DNA of 64,000 nucleotides from the human T2T-CHM13v2.0 reference genome, Homo sapiens, in NCBI RefSeq assembly GCF_009914755.1, contig NC_060926.1; one strand, written 5' to 3'. Each line of letters opens with the position of its first letter. Position 1 is the first letter of the stretch. A program made the position numbers and the translations under genes. This document shows positions 27,515-45,605 of this stretch, piece after piece. The notes below the pieces were generated by a model. It saw nothing but the letters and a program-made list of their open reading frames with translations, had not been told where the DNA came from and did no database searches.

Positions 27515-29437
27515 CTCTCCTGCTACTTTCACCTTTTTTGTTTTTGTCTTTGGCTTTCAGCATTTTTTACTGTAAGATGTCTTAGTATGAATATCTTTGT
27601 GTTTCTCTTACTTGAAGTTTTTGAGCTTCTTGGATGTGTATATTAACGTTTTTCAGCAAACTTGAGAAATTTTCATCCATTATTTCATCAGCTAGTTTTT
27701 CTGCCCCTTTTCCTTTTGTCCTTTCTTGAGATACTCCCACTAAATATATGCTGTTGTGCATATTGTTGTCTCACATTTCTCTGAGGCTCTGTTCATTTTT
27801 CTTCATTCTATTTTCTCTGTTCTTTGAATGGGTCTATCTTAAATTCTCTGATTCTTCTGCCAGCTCAAATATTGTTGAGCCACTCTAATAAATTTTTCAT
27901 TTTTGTTATTATGCTTTTTAACTGCATAATTTTAATTTTTGTTTTTATAGTTCTTATCTCTTTACTGATGTTCTCTATTTTTTGAGACATTCATTGTCTT
28001 CACACCTTCTACTACTTCTTTAAGTACTCTTTTAGTACTTTTAATATATTTATAATGGCTACTTTGAAGCTTTTGTCTGTTAAATCTGACTACTGGTCCC
28101 CTTCACAGGCCATTTCCATTGCCTCTTGTTTTGTTGTTGTTTTCTTCCTGTGTATGGGTCACATATTCCTGTTTTATTGCATGTTCTGTAATTGTTGAAA
28201 ACAAGACATTTTAGGTAAAATATATTAATAACTCTATATATTGATTTTCTGTTCCCCCTCCAGGGCTTGTTTTTATTGTTCTTTTTTGTTTTGTGACTCA
28301 GGGAGGCTAATTTAGTCAAGTCTCTTTCTCAAAAATGTGAAGTATTTTGTGTTGTTCCTCAGAGAGCACACAATCACCGTGAAATAACAGGGGTTTTGAC
28401 AAGGTCTCTTTGACTGTCTTTTTCCTGATATCTCTATTAAGCTGTAGCTTCATTTGGTGGTACATCCTGCCTGTTAGGCTCCACTAAACACCAGCTGATT
28501 GCTCTATTGTTTTTGACAATTCCCTAAGCATTATAATTTGATTTAATAAAATTTGAGAAGGGATCATATTTGAGGCCAGTCTTTGAGGTATTTCTCTGAC
28601 CACAAGTAGGCTCACAACAAGTAGGCCCTTTTTTCTGTTTTTCTCTGTGGTGAGCCAGCTGGTCTATGGCTTAGCTTGTTTTTCTTTAATAAGTGGAGCT
28701 ATCATTTTTTAGAATGCCCTTAGGCTTGAATCACTTCCTGTGGGAAAGAGCTGTGAAGTCTCTCATTCTTTTGGGCCGCACCTTCTCTGTGATAAACTCT
28801 CTGAAACACTACTCTGGATGTTGGGTGGTTCAGTAGCCCCTGGTCTTCTCCTCTTGTCTCACTAAGCGTAGAACCTCTGCCCTACAAGTGACCTGGGGTG
28901 AGAGCAGTCATGGCCCCAGCATTCTCCACTCCTGATCAGATGGAGGCTGTATTCCTATAGGCTTTTATATATAGGTTTCTATACCCCTTCAATATTAAGC
29001 AATTCATAAATGTCATTTTAATGTCTCCTTAAATCATATGATATTCAGAAGATTTTGTTTTTGTTTGTTTGCTTTAGGTTAATCGGCAGGGCTCTCTTTT
29101 ATTTTAAATGTCAATGTATTTTAAATAATAATATTAACTTTATAATTCTTTCTTAAAAATTTCTTTTGTAGACTTCCATATAGCTATGTTTGGTAAAGCT
29201 AAGATATGGGCTGTGGAGGAGTTAATTTCAGTAAAATCGACTTCTGGAGAGAAGTCATTATGCGAGGTAAAGTGGCCTCCCTGGAAAATGGTTTCTTAGA
29301 GTATACTATGGATATAAATATTTTCAGTTTTTAGAGTCTCTGACATTCTGAGATATAAATCAAAACTAACTGTATTTGTAGTCTCTGTTTGCTCCTCCCC
29401 ATCTCTTACACCTTTTTTATAGTAGAGCAGAGAACTG

Positions 29438-29442
<5 letters not shown>

Positions 29443-29481
<39 letters not shown>
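29443..29481. repeat. (CA)n microsatellite
   Basis: About 19 perfect AC units. Confidence 0.95.
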
Positions 29482-29482
<1 letters not shown>

Positions 29483-30068
29483 CTGTGGTCTGTTTCCCTC
29501 CCTGGAATAGGTCCATTGTTCCTATGGAAAGTGAGGCTTATAAAATAAAGAAAAAAAACCCTTGGTTGCCTTTCACATAGATTATAAGGCTCAAGTTATA
29601 AAACATGAAGTAATATATCAACCCAAGGCTAAGCATATATCAACATAAGGACTTTAGTTGAAAGATCTGGGATTAGGAATAAGTGGAAAACTCAGCCTTG
29701 CATTGCTCCACATATCTAAGAGCCAGGCTCACACCTCCTTCAACAGAAAAGAGTCTAGAGAGTGAAGGAATATATAAGTTACTGAAGCAATCCCTGGAGG
29801 CCATGTTTGGGTGGTTGGACAAATAGTTTTCTTCAGAAACCAGCAATTCCTGGAAGTAAATCTCTTAGGCTAACCTGCTGCTTTACTTTAAAATAATAAT
29901 GGTTATTATTGAAAAAATAATTGTGATTTAAGGAACAATGCTGGAAATATCTATGCACAATGTAAAAAAACATAGAGGTATAAATATTTTAAAATTTAAA
30001 TCATATTCACAAGGGTGTTCAGATGGTAATTTACTATGACATCCAGACATGCATAAAAATTCCTGAAT

Positions 30069-31106
30069 GGGGGAGAGGAGCCAAGATGGCCGAACAGGAA
30101 GAGCTCCGGTCTACAGCTCCGAGCGTGAGTGACGCAGAAGATGGGTGATTTCTGCATTTCCATCTGAGGTACCAGGTTCATCTCACTAGGGAGTGCCAGA
30201 CAGTGGGCGCAGGACAGTGGGTGCAGCACACCATGTGCGAGCCAAAGCAGAGCGAGGCATTGCCTCACTCAGGAAGCGCAAGGGGTCAGGGAGTTCCCTT
30301 TCCTGGTCAAGGAAAGGGGTCACAAACAGCACCTGGAAAACCAGGTCACTCTCACCCCAATATTGCGCTTTTCCAACGGGCTTAGGAAATGGCCCACCAG
30401 GAGATTATATCCCGCACATGGCTTGGAGGATCCTATGCCCACGGAGTCTCGCTGATTGCTAGCACAGCAGTCTGAGATCAAACTGCAAGGCGGCAGTGAG
30501 GCTCGGGGAGGGGCGCCCACCATTGCCCAGGCTCGCTTAGGTAAACAAAGCAGCCGGGAAGCTTGAACTGGGTGGAGCCCACCACAGCTCAAGGAGGCCT
30601 GCCTGCCTCTGTAGGCTCCACCTCTGGGGGCAGGGCACAGACAAACAAAAAGACAGCATTAACCTCTGCAGACTTAAATGTCCCTGTCTGACAGCTTTGA
30701 AGAGAGCAGTGGTTCTCCCAGCACACAGCTGGAGATCTGAGAAAAGGCAGACTGCCTCCTCATGTGGGTCCCTGACCCCTGATCCCCAAGCAGCCTAACT
30801 GGGAGGCACCCCCCAGTAGGGGCAGACTGACACCTCACACGGCCAGGTACTCCTCCAAGACAAAACTTCCAGAGGAACGATCAGAGAGCAGCATTTGTGG
30901 TTCACGAAAATCCGTGGTTCTGCAGACACCACTGCTGATACCCAGGCAAACAGGGTCTGGAGTGGACCTCTAGCAAACTCCAACAGACCTGCAGCTGAGG
31001 GTCCTGTCTGTTAGAAGGAAAACTAACAAACAGAAAGAACATCCACACCAAAAACCCATCTGTACATCACCATCATCAAAGACCAAAAGTAGATAAAACC
31101 ACAAAG
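30069..31106 (+). promoter_or_regulatory. L1 5'UTR internal sense promoter and antisense promoter region
   Basis: YY1 motif 'caagatggcc' at about 30082-30090; CpG-richer than the surroundings; intact 1038-bp UTR. Confidence 0.75.
30320..30523 (-). CDS. L1 antisense ORF0 homologue (67 aa)
   Basis: MVGAPPRASLPPCSLISDCCASNQRDSVGIG...EKRNIGVRVTWFSRCCL matches recalled primate L1 ORF0; ATG is the 'cat' at 30521-30523. Expression unknown. Confidence 0.6.
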   Translation of the reverse strand: MVGAPPRASLPPCSLISDCCASNQRDSVGIGSSKPCAGYNLLVGHFLSPLEKRNIGVRVTWFSRCCL

Positions 31107-32123
31107 ATGGGGAAAAAACAGAGCAGAAAAACTGGAAACTCTAAAAAGCAGAGCACCTCTCCTCCTCCAAAGGAACGCAGTTCCTCACCAGCAACGGAAC
31201 AAAGCTGGACGGAGAATGACTTTGACGAGATGAGAGAGGAAGGCTTCAGACGATCAAACTACTCTGAGCTACAGGAGGAAATTCAAACAAAAGGCAAAGA
31301 AGTTGAAAACTTTGAAAAAAATTTAGACAAACGTATAACTAGAATAACCAACACAGAGAAGTGCTTAAAGGAGCTGATGGAGCTGAAAGCCAAGGCTCGA
31401 GAACTACGTGAAGAATGAAGAAGCCTCAGGAGCCGATGTGATCAACTGGAAGAAAGGGTATCAGTGATGGAAGACGAAATGAATGAAATGAAATGAGAAG
31501 GGAAGTTTAGAGAAAAAAGAATAAAAAGAAATGAACAAAGCCTCCAAGAAATATGGGACTATGTGAAAAGACCAAATCTGCATCTGATCAGTGTACCTGA
31601 AAGTGACAGGGAGAATGGAACCAAGTTGGAAAACACTCTGCAGGATATTATCCAGGAGAACTTCCCCAATCTAGCAAGGCTGGCCAACATTCAGACTCAG
31701 GAAATACAGAGAACGTCACAAAGATACTCCTCAAGAAGAGCAACTCCAAGACACATAATTGTCAGATTTAACAAAGTTGAAATGAAGGAAAAAATGTTAA
31801 GGGCAGCCAGAGAGAAAGGTCGGGTTACCCTCAAAGGGAAGCCCATCAGACTAACAGCAGATCTCTTGGCAGAAGCTCCACAAGCCAGAAGAGAGTGGGG
31901 GCCAATATTCAACATTCTTAAAGAAAAGAATTTTCAAATCAGAATTTCATATCCAGCCAAACTAAGCTTCACAAGTGAAGGAGAAATAAAATACTTTACA
32001 GACAAGCAAATGCTGAGAGATTTTGTCACCACCAGGCCTGCCCTAAAAGAGCTCCTGAAGGAAGCACTAAACATGGAAAGGAACAACCAGTACCAGCCAC
32101 TGCAAAATCATGCCAAAATGTAA
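31107..32123 (+). pseudogene. L1 ORF1p (RNA-binding chaperone), disrupted
   Basis: MGKKQSRKTGNSK...LQNHAKM; in-frame TGA stops at 31416-31418 and 31494-31496. Confidence 0.95.
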
Positions 32124-32186
32124 AGACCATCAAGGCTAGGAAGAAACTGCATCAACTAACGAGCAAAATAACCAGCTAACATCATA

Positions 32187-36022
<3,836 letters not shown>

Positions 36023-37541
36023 ACAATGAGAACACATGGACACAGGAAGGGGAACATCACACTCTGGGGACTGTTGTGGGGTGGGGGGAGGGGGGAGGGA
36101 TAGCATTAGGAGATATACCTAATGCTAAATGACAAGTTAATGGGGGCAACACACCAGCATGGCACATGTATACATATGTAACTAACCTGCACATTTTGCA
36201 CATGTACCCTAAAACTTAAAGTATAATAATAATAAAAAAATTAAAAATTAAAAAAATATATATATTCCTGAATAAAGTTGCATTACAGGAAACATGAATC
36301 CAAGCAGCAAGCCTGGAAGTTCTTCCCCAGGTAGCCCTTCCCAGAGTGCGTTAGAGTAGAGCACTGAGTCCTCAAGAACTAAGAGAATAATTTATGGATG
36401 CCGATTGTTCAGTTCAGAGCCTGGGCCTTTCAGTACTCCATTCTAAGTATCTCCTCATTAGGTTGGATACTAGGAAACTGCATTCACACTGCCTACTGTA
36501 GCTTACTGCCCAATGTACCGAAAGAGTGATGAGGGTTTCCTGGGAGAAAGTAAACATCTGGTCATCCTACACTTATTTGCCCTGAAACTTTCCAATCCTT
36601 TGCCACAGTCCTCAAGATGGTGTTAGTATTTAGTGACTGACCATCTTTTATTATGGATGTCTAAGAATAATAACTTGATACCCTAAAGAAGAGTTTTACA
36701 TTTTTTCACATAGGATTCCTAGAAGTATACTATATTATCTCAAAGAAATGAATTTCTAAGCATAGGGTTTGGAGGAACCGAATCAGATTTGGGGGCACCA
36801 AAGCATTTCTCTGTTGGTCCCAAATCAGATTAAAGTAACTGGGCAAACACAAAGCCCTCTTGCTCTGCTTGCTTCCTGACACTGAATTGGTCATTTATTG
36901 TCTCATAGCCACTACTAATTCAATAGGCCCATTTCCAGCAGGCATGTCACTAGAAGATGCAGCATTGCTGGTTCCAAAGCTGAGCAGCTCTATTTGCCAG
37001 GCATAAACCATCTACAAAATAGAGCACTGAATTGCATTGTTTATGCAACAGGAACAGAGAGAACTATTTAGCATGCAGATTAGGTCCATCTGCGTTTTCA
37101 TCTCCAGCAGGGCACAGCACCCAGAACTCCTCTCTCTTACTCTCTCCCAATCCCTAAGAGACATTTATTTATCCCTCAATCTATAAATTAAATATTCACA
37201 AGATTAATATACCATAACTGGTATATTACTGTTAATTTTATCTCATAATTACCAGGGAAAAGCAAACTATATACCTCTGTAATTTTGAGGTCAATATCAA
37301 GACAGTCACTGACCACCTCTCACACCAGTCATCCTTGGCACCACTGTCAGTCAGTGCCATAAACTTAGATTGGCATGACTATGGGGTAACCAGGATGGGA
37401 TGGCCACACTGAAGGTGCATTCACCACATGGAGTGAAACAAGCTGGAAAGCATCAAGGTAGCGAAGGACAGACTGCTCAGTAAAGCAGAATGAGGCAAAC
37501 AGACCAACTGGATAACTTTAGTTGAATTCATTTCTCATGAG

Positions 37542-37542
<1 letters not shown>

Positions 37543-37592
<50 letters not shown>

Positions 37593-37745
37593 CATACACA
37601 TAGACACACACATACATATACATATATGTATAAGTGTATATACGTATCTATATATTTGCTTATATATAAATTAAATATATTTATATATATAAATTACATG
37701 CATTTCTATATATATTTTTATATATGAATTATATATATATGTATT
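37543..37745. repeat. (TA)n microsatellite with AT-rich low-complexity tail
   Basis: About 23 TA units, then a TA/CA mosaic. Confidence 0.92.
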
Positions 37746-39889
37746 TCAAAAGTGAATAATTTGTTAGGCAGGTGAAAGGCAAGTTATAGAAGGGCAGAGC
37801 TTCTAAAAGGTAGGAGAATTTGTTCCAAGAGTTCTAGATAAATTTATATACCATAAGGCAGTATTGCATTTTTAACACCTTTCTCAAGAGGAAAAAGAAA
37901 AGTAACATTTTGTAGCTCTATATCAAGGGAGTTTAGGAAAGACTGAATTACAATAAATGAATTTACATGAGGAATCGTTTTTATCAAACATGAATGCTTA
38001 AGATGAAAGAATAAGACATTATGCACCCAAAGAGAGCTAAGCTTCTTTAAAATAATTCTGCTAGAATGTGAATTTTAGGATCTGATAATTTATGAATGTC
38101 ACCCGGCCCCTGGCCTGTCACCTGTATCTTCTACTCCATGCCAATCTATTCAAAAGAAGGAACTGCTGATTCCCAAATGTGTCTGAATTTACATTTCATC
38201 TACTCTCTCATTCCAAGTCCAGTAGCATGGGCAGAAAAAACTGTCACCCTGAACTACACTCCAAGGGCCTCTGTGAGTTCTCCAGGAGTAAGAGTGCTTC
38301 ACAAGCTCTGCCACATGCACTCTGCTCCACATGCTAACACAGAGCCTGAAAAGGCATCCCTCTTTTAATTCTAACACTGTCTCCAGAAGATTGTTGATCA
38401 CACACAGAAATACCCTTTTTTTGAGCAGTCATATATTAAACCAAAAGCCTCAACAAAAATGAATCATTGATTATTTCCTAAATAGCAACCTGAAAAAGAA
38501 TATGACAAGGAAAAGGTCAGTTTTAACTGTGGAGGAGGATATTGGGGAAAGTCTCAAAAGAGGTTTCTCAAACTTGATTAATCGCAGGACTTGTTCAAAA
38601 GACAGAATCATGTACTCTACCTCATGAAGTGCTGATTCGTTAGCTCTGGAGTTGATACTAGAAATTGGTATTTTCACCTTCTGTCTCAGATGATTTCAGT
38701 GAGCCTTGTGGTTTAGGAAATGCTGCAGGTCAGTCCTGAGAGGGTCTCGGTAGTGGTGAGCCCTCAGTAGCCATCAGCTGGCATGTGGGCAGTAGGCATC
38801 CTGGGAAGACGAGTTACTTCCCTCCTCTCCCTTATGGCAGGGCAAAGGTTATAAATACAAAGTACTAATGGTGAGCTGGGAATGGAAACATCACCCTCCT
38901 AAATGAAAGCCTGAGGTTCCAGGTGATGCATGAAGGACAGGTAACCAACTGTCTTTTCAATCCATTGGCCTTGCTGCCTAGGTAATGAGGTCCAAGAGAA
39001 GTTAGCTTTTCAGCAATCTCAGCAATTGAATCATCAAATAAGGTCTAAGTGAAAAGGTTACTGGAAGAGGCAGATATGTCACTCCAATACAACCTCAATA
39101 CTGCAGGAAGGAAAGTGGACATCTGGGAAACATGAAGATAACAAAATACAAATTTCTCTCTAAAAAGACCATCAGGGTTTACCTCCAGTATAAGCCCTGT
39201 GGTCATACCAGCCCAGAATTCTGATTCTTCCCATGGACATAACCATGGCAAAAAAGTGGTGGGTCAGCATGGTGTTGTCCTTGATCATACCCACGATACG
39301 TTAGGGATATACACACCAAACACAAAACAAAAGTAAAAGCAGTAAAAACAAAATGAAGTTGGAAGATACATTAGGCATCTTTCACCCAGAGTTTGGAAAA
39401 TGCCTACAGCCTTTATCCCAAGTAGACTTCAAATTCTGTCCCTCACCCCTTTGGGTAAATCCTCATCTTGTGCATGTGGTCATATCCAGCTCCAACAAAA
39501 GGACAACCCGAATTCCTGCTGCACACCGTCAAGCCGGCTCCTTCCTCTTCTGTGTATGACTGTGTTTTAACAGCAGTATTTTATGATTCAGTTCGATGCT
39601 TTGGAGGTGAAGATAAAACAAAAATAATGTAGCACCAAATACCAAACCCTGGGGCACATAAATGTAAGCTTTGAGTAGCCTGTAAAAAATACAGTCATGT
39701 TAGCCTGGGGAGAAGGAGGATGCTGAGTAATGCTCACCCAGAATATAACCGGAGCAGACTCTGATAAGGTTTAAATGCTTGGGAAGTTCTTTTGAAGAGA
39801 TGAAAGCATCTCTCCTGTCGTTATTCTCTCAGTCCTAACAATTGCCCAGTGACTGTTTTTTGGTGTTGTCTTTTTGTTTCTTTGTTTAG

Positions 39890-40252
<363 letters not shown>

Positions 40253-42789
40253 TGATTGTTCAGAGATGGTAAATGGTTCTTCCATCAAAGCCAAACTGGG
40301 CACGAATCATGTTTAAAAAACAAAAAACTGAAAACACTAAGCTTCCTGACTTTTCCGGCACACGCGAACATTTATAAAAAGAGGCTTGTTATCGACTTCC
40401 AGATCTCTCTCTTCTTCTGTATTTTCCTCCACCTTCACTCTGTGAGAGTTCCCGTCTGAATCTTCAGCATGGCAATCAATAAACATGGCTTCCTGGGGCA
40501 CAAGCGAGCTGTGCCCTCTGCAAATTGATAAATCTACACTCTAGAGTACAGTGTATTTACTTGATGAAGCTTTCAATTAAAAACCAGCAAGGAAGCCCTA
40601 GATGAAATCAAACATTAGAGAAATATGAAATCAGTCAGAAATAAGCAAATATTTACCATGCAAAATGGGCTGTGTGACAATTAAATGAAAATCTAAATGC
40701 TGGAAGGTGTTTCAGAGGCAAATGAAAAGAAAAGCACCTATAAATCTTTTAAAAAGGTTAAAAAAGGAAAGGTTGGGGATTGCACAATTTGCTTCTGCCT
40801 GGCTATCTAATAATGAAATTTGTTCATGAGAATATTTTGATGGTTTAACCTTCTCAAGAGATGATAAAAATGGAATTTTTATTTGATTCAGGACTTATTT
40901 TTGGTGTTTTATATCTTTGGATTTTGAATATATTTAAGTTCAGGTTTAGTTCAAACTGGTTCCCTGGTGGTTAAAACAGAAAAAGAAAAAACAAACCAGC
41001 ATTTATTTCTGTTGAAGAAAAAGTATATATTTTGAGCTTATTTATAAATTCAATAAATTAATACAGTCAGTTTCAGGGTTACAGGTTTAATCCACAGTTT
41101 TGTTTAAGGTCAGCTTCCACAAAAAATTTAAACTTAGAAAACTGTGGCCATATATTGTGCATGCTTTATGTCTTGGCCTAACATTTGCCTTGCATGATGG
41201 CTGCATCCCAATTTATAGTAGACAATAGGTCATTTTTATTTTTCTGCATGAAAGTCTCATGAATTTATTACCATATTTTATTTATACCTCATAATTATGA
41301 CACACAACACTGGAACTGATCTCTCTTATCCAAGAACTGTTTGTAACACACAAAGGTAGGAGTGACAATTTAACTTCTTTTCAAAAATGCTCACTTCACT
41401 GCTTTCTCAGTTGTAGCCCCATAAGTGTAGTGTCATATATCAGTAATTTTAGAAATATACCATATTTCTTTTTATGTTGACTACATTAAATCCCTATTTA
41501 GGGTCAGCAAAGCTTACACAAAGAGTATCACCATTGCATTATAACAAAGATAAGATATATAGCCACATTTATGTGATTTTCTTTCTTTTGCTTTCCTCTC
41601 AAATTTTTAGCTATTGCCAGACACAAGGCTTTTAGATAGTGAGAGATATGACACAAAATTCTAAGGTCTAGAAAAATACTCATCTGAGCAGAATTTCTCT
41701 GCGTGCCTATTATGACATACGTCAGGATGCTTTTCTTTCAGGATCCTGGGTAGCTTCTTCAGTCTAGGGCGTTTATCTTGTTCACACGCTCCTAGTTTAT
41801 CAACCAAAGGATTTACACAGCTCTGAAAGGCACAGTTAGCGCATCATTGCTTCACTGCACTCACATACAGCATTGAGATGGTAGCAGTAAAACAGGGAGA
41901 AGGGAGCAATCCTTCAGCAACTGTCCTTTATGGGGTAAAAACTACTCAAGGCCAAGACCACCCTAAATCACAGCACGTCATTGCACAAATTCAAAAGCAC
42001 AGTAACAGTAGCAGTGAACACAAATGCCGAAATACATTAGCAAATGCAACATGCCAATTCTCCCAGGTTTCTGGGACGGCATCTTTACATCCTGGTGTTT
42101 CTCTACAATTTCACTGATAATTTCCTGATGTTCTAGAAAACTGCATCCCTCTTAAATGGCTAAGTCTTTTTCCAAAGCAGTATATGCTATGCTTATTCAG
42201 CACTAAGACTGCATTTTAAGCAGGACATTTTGACGTGATGCATTTGATGAGGTTGCATTGGTGACTGAAAACATCCATGATAAAAAGTAAAAACACTGTT
42301 TCTATTATTTTTAAAAAGTGTACAACAGTTATCCCTTATCCCTACTTCACTCTTGAATCACACTCTCATTCTTGACACCTCATCATTCAAACACACTCTG
42401 AAGTTTACTCCAGACGGATGCTGGTTTTGCAGGCTGACTGACAACTTTCAAAGGGTGAAATTCCATGGTTTGTGTTTTGGATTGCATCAAAATACCCCAT
42501 GCTAAAATGACAGGATTAAAACCATCACAGCAACACATCAGAATAAATGTGCTCCTGGATGCAGTTGGGAGTTCCAATCCTGCCTAATGCTGATCAGGCC
42601 TTAAACCACAGTAATACATCCAGTCCTATCAGAAAGCTTCTTCTCTTCCCCAGAATATCAAAGCTTACTCATCATTGGTTACATCTGCTTGGGGCCCAGT
42701 GCTCTGATAATATAAGACTCGAATTAGAGCTGTTATACACATGGCTAGTAGAGAAAGGCAAAGAAGGGATCATTTCTAATAACCAACTT

Positions 42790-42990
42790 CGCACTTTGCA
42801 AACGTTATATCATTTACTACACACACAGAAAACATGTAAGGCATTCCTGTAACTCATTTTACAGATGAGAAATCTAAGTCCAGGATATTCACATTCATTC
42901 TTATAGTCGCTCATTTAATAAGGGAAAGAGCCAGAATTAAACATGGTTCTGTCTGGTTCCAGCATCTGTGTGCTTATACTACATCATGCT
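42790..42990 (-). mobile_element. MIR fragment
   Basis: 'ctcattttacagatgagaaatctaag' antisense MIR core. Confidence 0.65.
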
Positions 42991-43399
42991 AGTCAATTCA
43001 ATCTATTAATATTCCAAGAGAACATTTGCATTTATCCAAAGCTTTAAAGTCTTAAAGAACACAAATGGGCTATATAGGAAATGAAGGCTGGAAGAAAGAA
43101 ATATCTTTCCCCAGAGGGCCAAGATGTACTGCCCATAAGGCCAGCAGTTGGGGTAGAATCCAAATGATCCTTTATTGGTCTCATTTAGATTGTTTCTTGA
43201 TACAGTTCCAACCCATGTCCCTCTGGTTCATTCAGGGATTTGAAGACAGACTGAGGCTGCTGGATGACTATTAACAAATGTTCTCCCATCTTCCACAGTA
43301 ATAAAACCCGGGGTTTTTTAGCTCAATCCATGACTTCCCAGAGAAAAAAAATAAACAAAAAACACCTAAGTTCCCCAACCTCCTTTGCAATTATACGAG

Positions 43400-43770
43400 G
43401 CCAGATGCCTACGTTCTGCCTGATGAAGCTGATGAACTTTAAGCACAATGATGTGTGGCACCTCCAGGGGCCATCCTTAAAAGTCAGTTGGCATGCACCC
43501 CTTGTCACAGCCCTTCCTCCTTTCTGTAGACTGCAACGCAAACCTGATAGCTGAAGCCAGTGCAGCCATCTTGGGTCACTGATTGGCATTAGAAATACAA
43601 GGCATGAAAAGTAGATCAACATATTAGAAGAATCCTGGCTTGCTCACAGCATCACACTAGCCTTGGACTGCTTTTTTGCCTCCACATTTTCATGTCAGAG
43701 AGAAATAAGTTTCTAACTTATTTAGTTTGAGTCTCTTTTACCAAGAGATAAAACTAATCCTAACTGATGA
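43400..43770 (+). mobile_element. Old MaLR (MLT1) LTR
   Basis: 'gcagccatcttggg...cagagagaaataagtttctaacttatttag...aactaatcctaactgat'. Confidence 0.6.
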
Positions 43771-45205
43771 ACACAGAGAGGGTTGATACTAAATGTTTCC
43801 CAGCCTTGTGGGCTTTGTGAACAATGAGCTAACCCAAGAAAGAACAATTTTGTTCAATAAATGCTAGCTTTGAATAGGAGGATTTTTAGAAACATTAATG
43901 AAGAAGAAATAACTACAAAAATAATGATGTTAAATTACCTCAGTGTGACCTTTCTTCCATTCTTAATGCAGCCAGCATAATCGGAACACTGTTGTGTCAT
44001 TCTCTATAACCAATAATAGAACATTCAGGTGCATATGATAATTATTCTATTATAATGATGAAAGGGAAGAGGCTCCTGAAAGCCATCCCTGGTGCCGAAT
44101 CCCTACCTAAAAAAATATCATTATATGTTAAGAAAAGAGACCAGTCTTGATGCCAATAGCAGAAATGTACTATTTTCAGAACTGTGTATCTACCTTCTTT
44201 AATAAGGGAGGATAAAGCACTAGTTTACTTCCTTAAGAGGCAGCAAGAGATGAAACTTTCCATTAGCTCTAAAAGTTTTATAACAGTTACTATAAACTAT
44301 TAACTTTAGGTGGTTTTAGAAACAGATCTGGAGGCCTGACCCAAGAGTCAGAAGGTGCAATGGCCTGGTTAGACCAGATGTAGAGCTACCAAAGATGAAA
44401 AAACTGTATCTACTGTATGTCTCTGCAGTTATGTTTGGAAACAAACCACAGCCCTGTTTCTTCATCTTCTGGGGGGTATTCACTTGCCTCAGCAAGACGT
44501 TGATTACAGGGAAGGAGGAACAGTATATGTTTGTGAAACATCATGAAAGCCTGTCCCTCCTAGATCATGGTCCAGATGGTTCAAAATCACCTAAAAGGCA
44601 GCACTTGATTGTCTATTCCATGCACCTTCTGTTGCAGACGTGGAGAAACAAAGTTGTGAGCTGCCCCAGGATTTCCCTGAAGCCAAGAGTCTGCCCAATT
44701 CCTCTCTGGGCAGCTCAGGTAGCCCAATTTAGTGAAGACAGCTGTCAGGCACATTTGGCCACATGCCTAAATGGAAGCCTCCAGCATTCTGAACTAAAAA
44801 ATGACATTCCTGGGATAGCGGGAGAGAGTCTGAAACAATAGGGGCGTTGGTAAGGGCTTGGAAAATCAAAGAAGTTTTTCTAGAGTTTTTCAAAGACAGG
44901 TAGCTGAGCCAACATCAGAGACGATCTTATGAACAGAAAGTGCTTCAGTGCTTGCATTTTGAAAGAGCAAGTTCCTGAAAGCATAAGAGGAAAAAGGAGA
45001 TGATTCCTCTAGAGAGCCTAGAAAACATTTAAATTCGAGATATCTGGGAAACTGATCACCACTAATGCAAACCCAGTGGCTCATGAATAGCCCCTGTATT
45101 CATGGTCCTCACACTTAAATAAACATGAGTGCCATGAACTTCAAGCCATCTCCCAGTGTACTCATTACAGTTAGAATCACCTGCATCAAGATGTTAGATG
45201 ATGGC

Positions 45206-45605
45206 TGTGTTAGTCAAGGTAGGTTGGTCTATGCTGAGGTAACAAATAAACCCCATACTTCAGTGGCTTAACATAACAGAAGTTCATTTCTCACTAAAGG
45301 CACAGCCTGAAAGGCACTGGGCTATTCTCCTCTAACTATAATTTACAGGTCAAGGTAGCTTCCAACTCGTGATTCTACCAACTTGTGGCTTCTTGGTCAA
45401 ATGGAGGCTTCTTGCTCAAGTGGAGGATCAACCAGCCACAGATGGTAAAGAAGAGAGCACAAAGAGGGCACAATGGATACTGAACTGCTCTCAGCCTGGA
45501 AGTGATACCTATGTGGCCAGAATGACTCACATGGCCATCCTAATTGCAAGGAAGTTTGAGAACTATCAAGGACCACAAGTACTCAGTGAGCACTGACTGT
45601 CTCCA
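45206..45605 (-). mobile_element. Old MaLR (MLT1) LTR
   Basis: 'tgtgttagtcaaggtaggttggtctatgctgaggtaacaaataaaccccatacttcagtggcttaacataacagaagttcatttctcac'. Confidence 0.7.

Noticed and set aside
36078-36099. G-quadruplex-forming G tract
   Set aside because: Standard feature of L1PA 3'UTRs, not specific to this locus.
41725-41745. Good splice acceptor 'tgcttttctttcag|g'
   Set aside because: No convincing donor at exon distance; isolated acceptors are common.
44395-44841. 148-aa ATG-initiated ORF in non-repeat DNA
   Set aside because: No recognisable domain, promoter or exon context; the length is within chance expectation for 64 kb.
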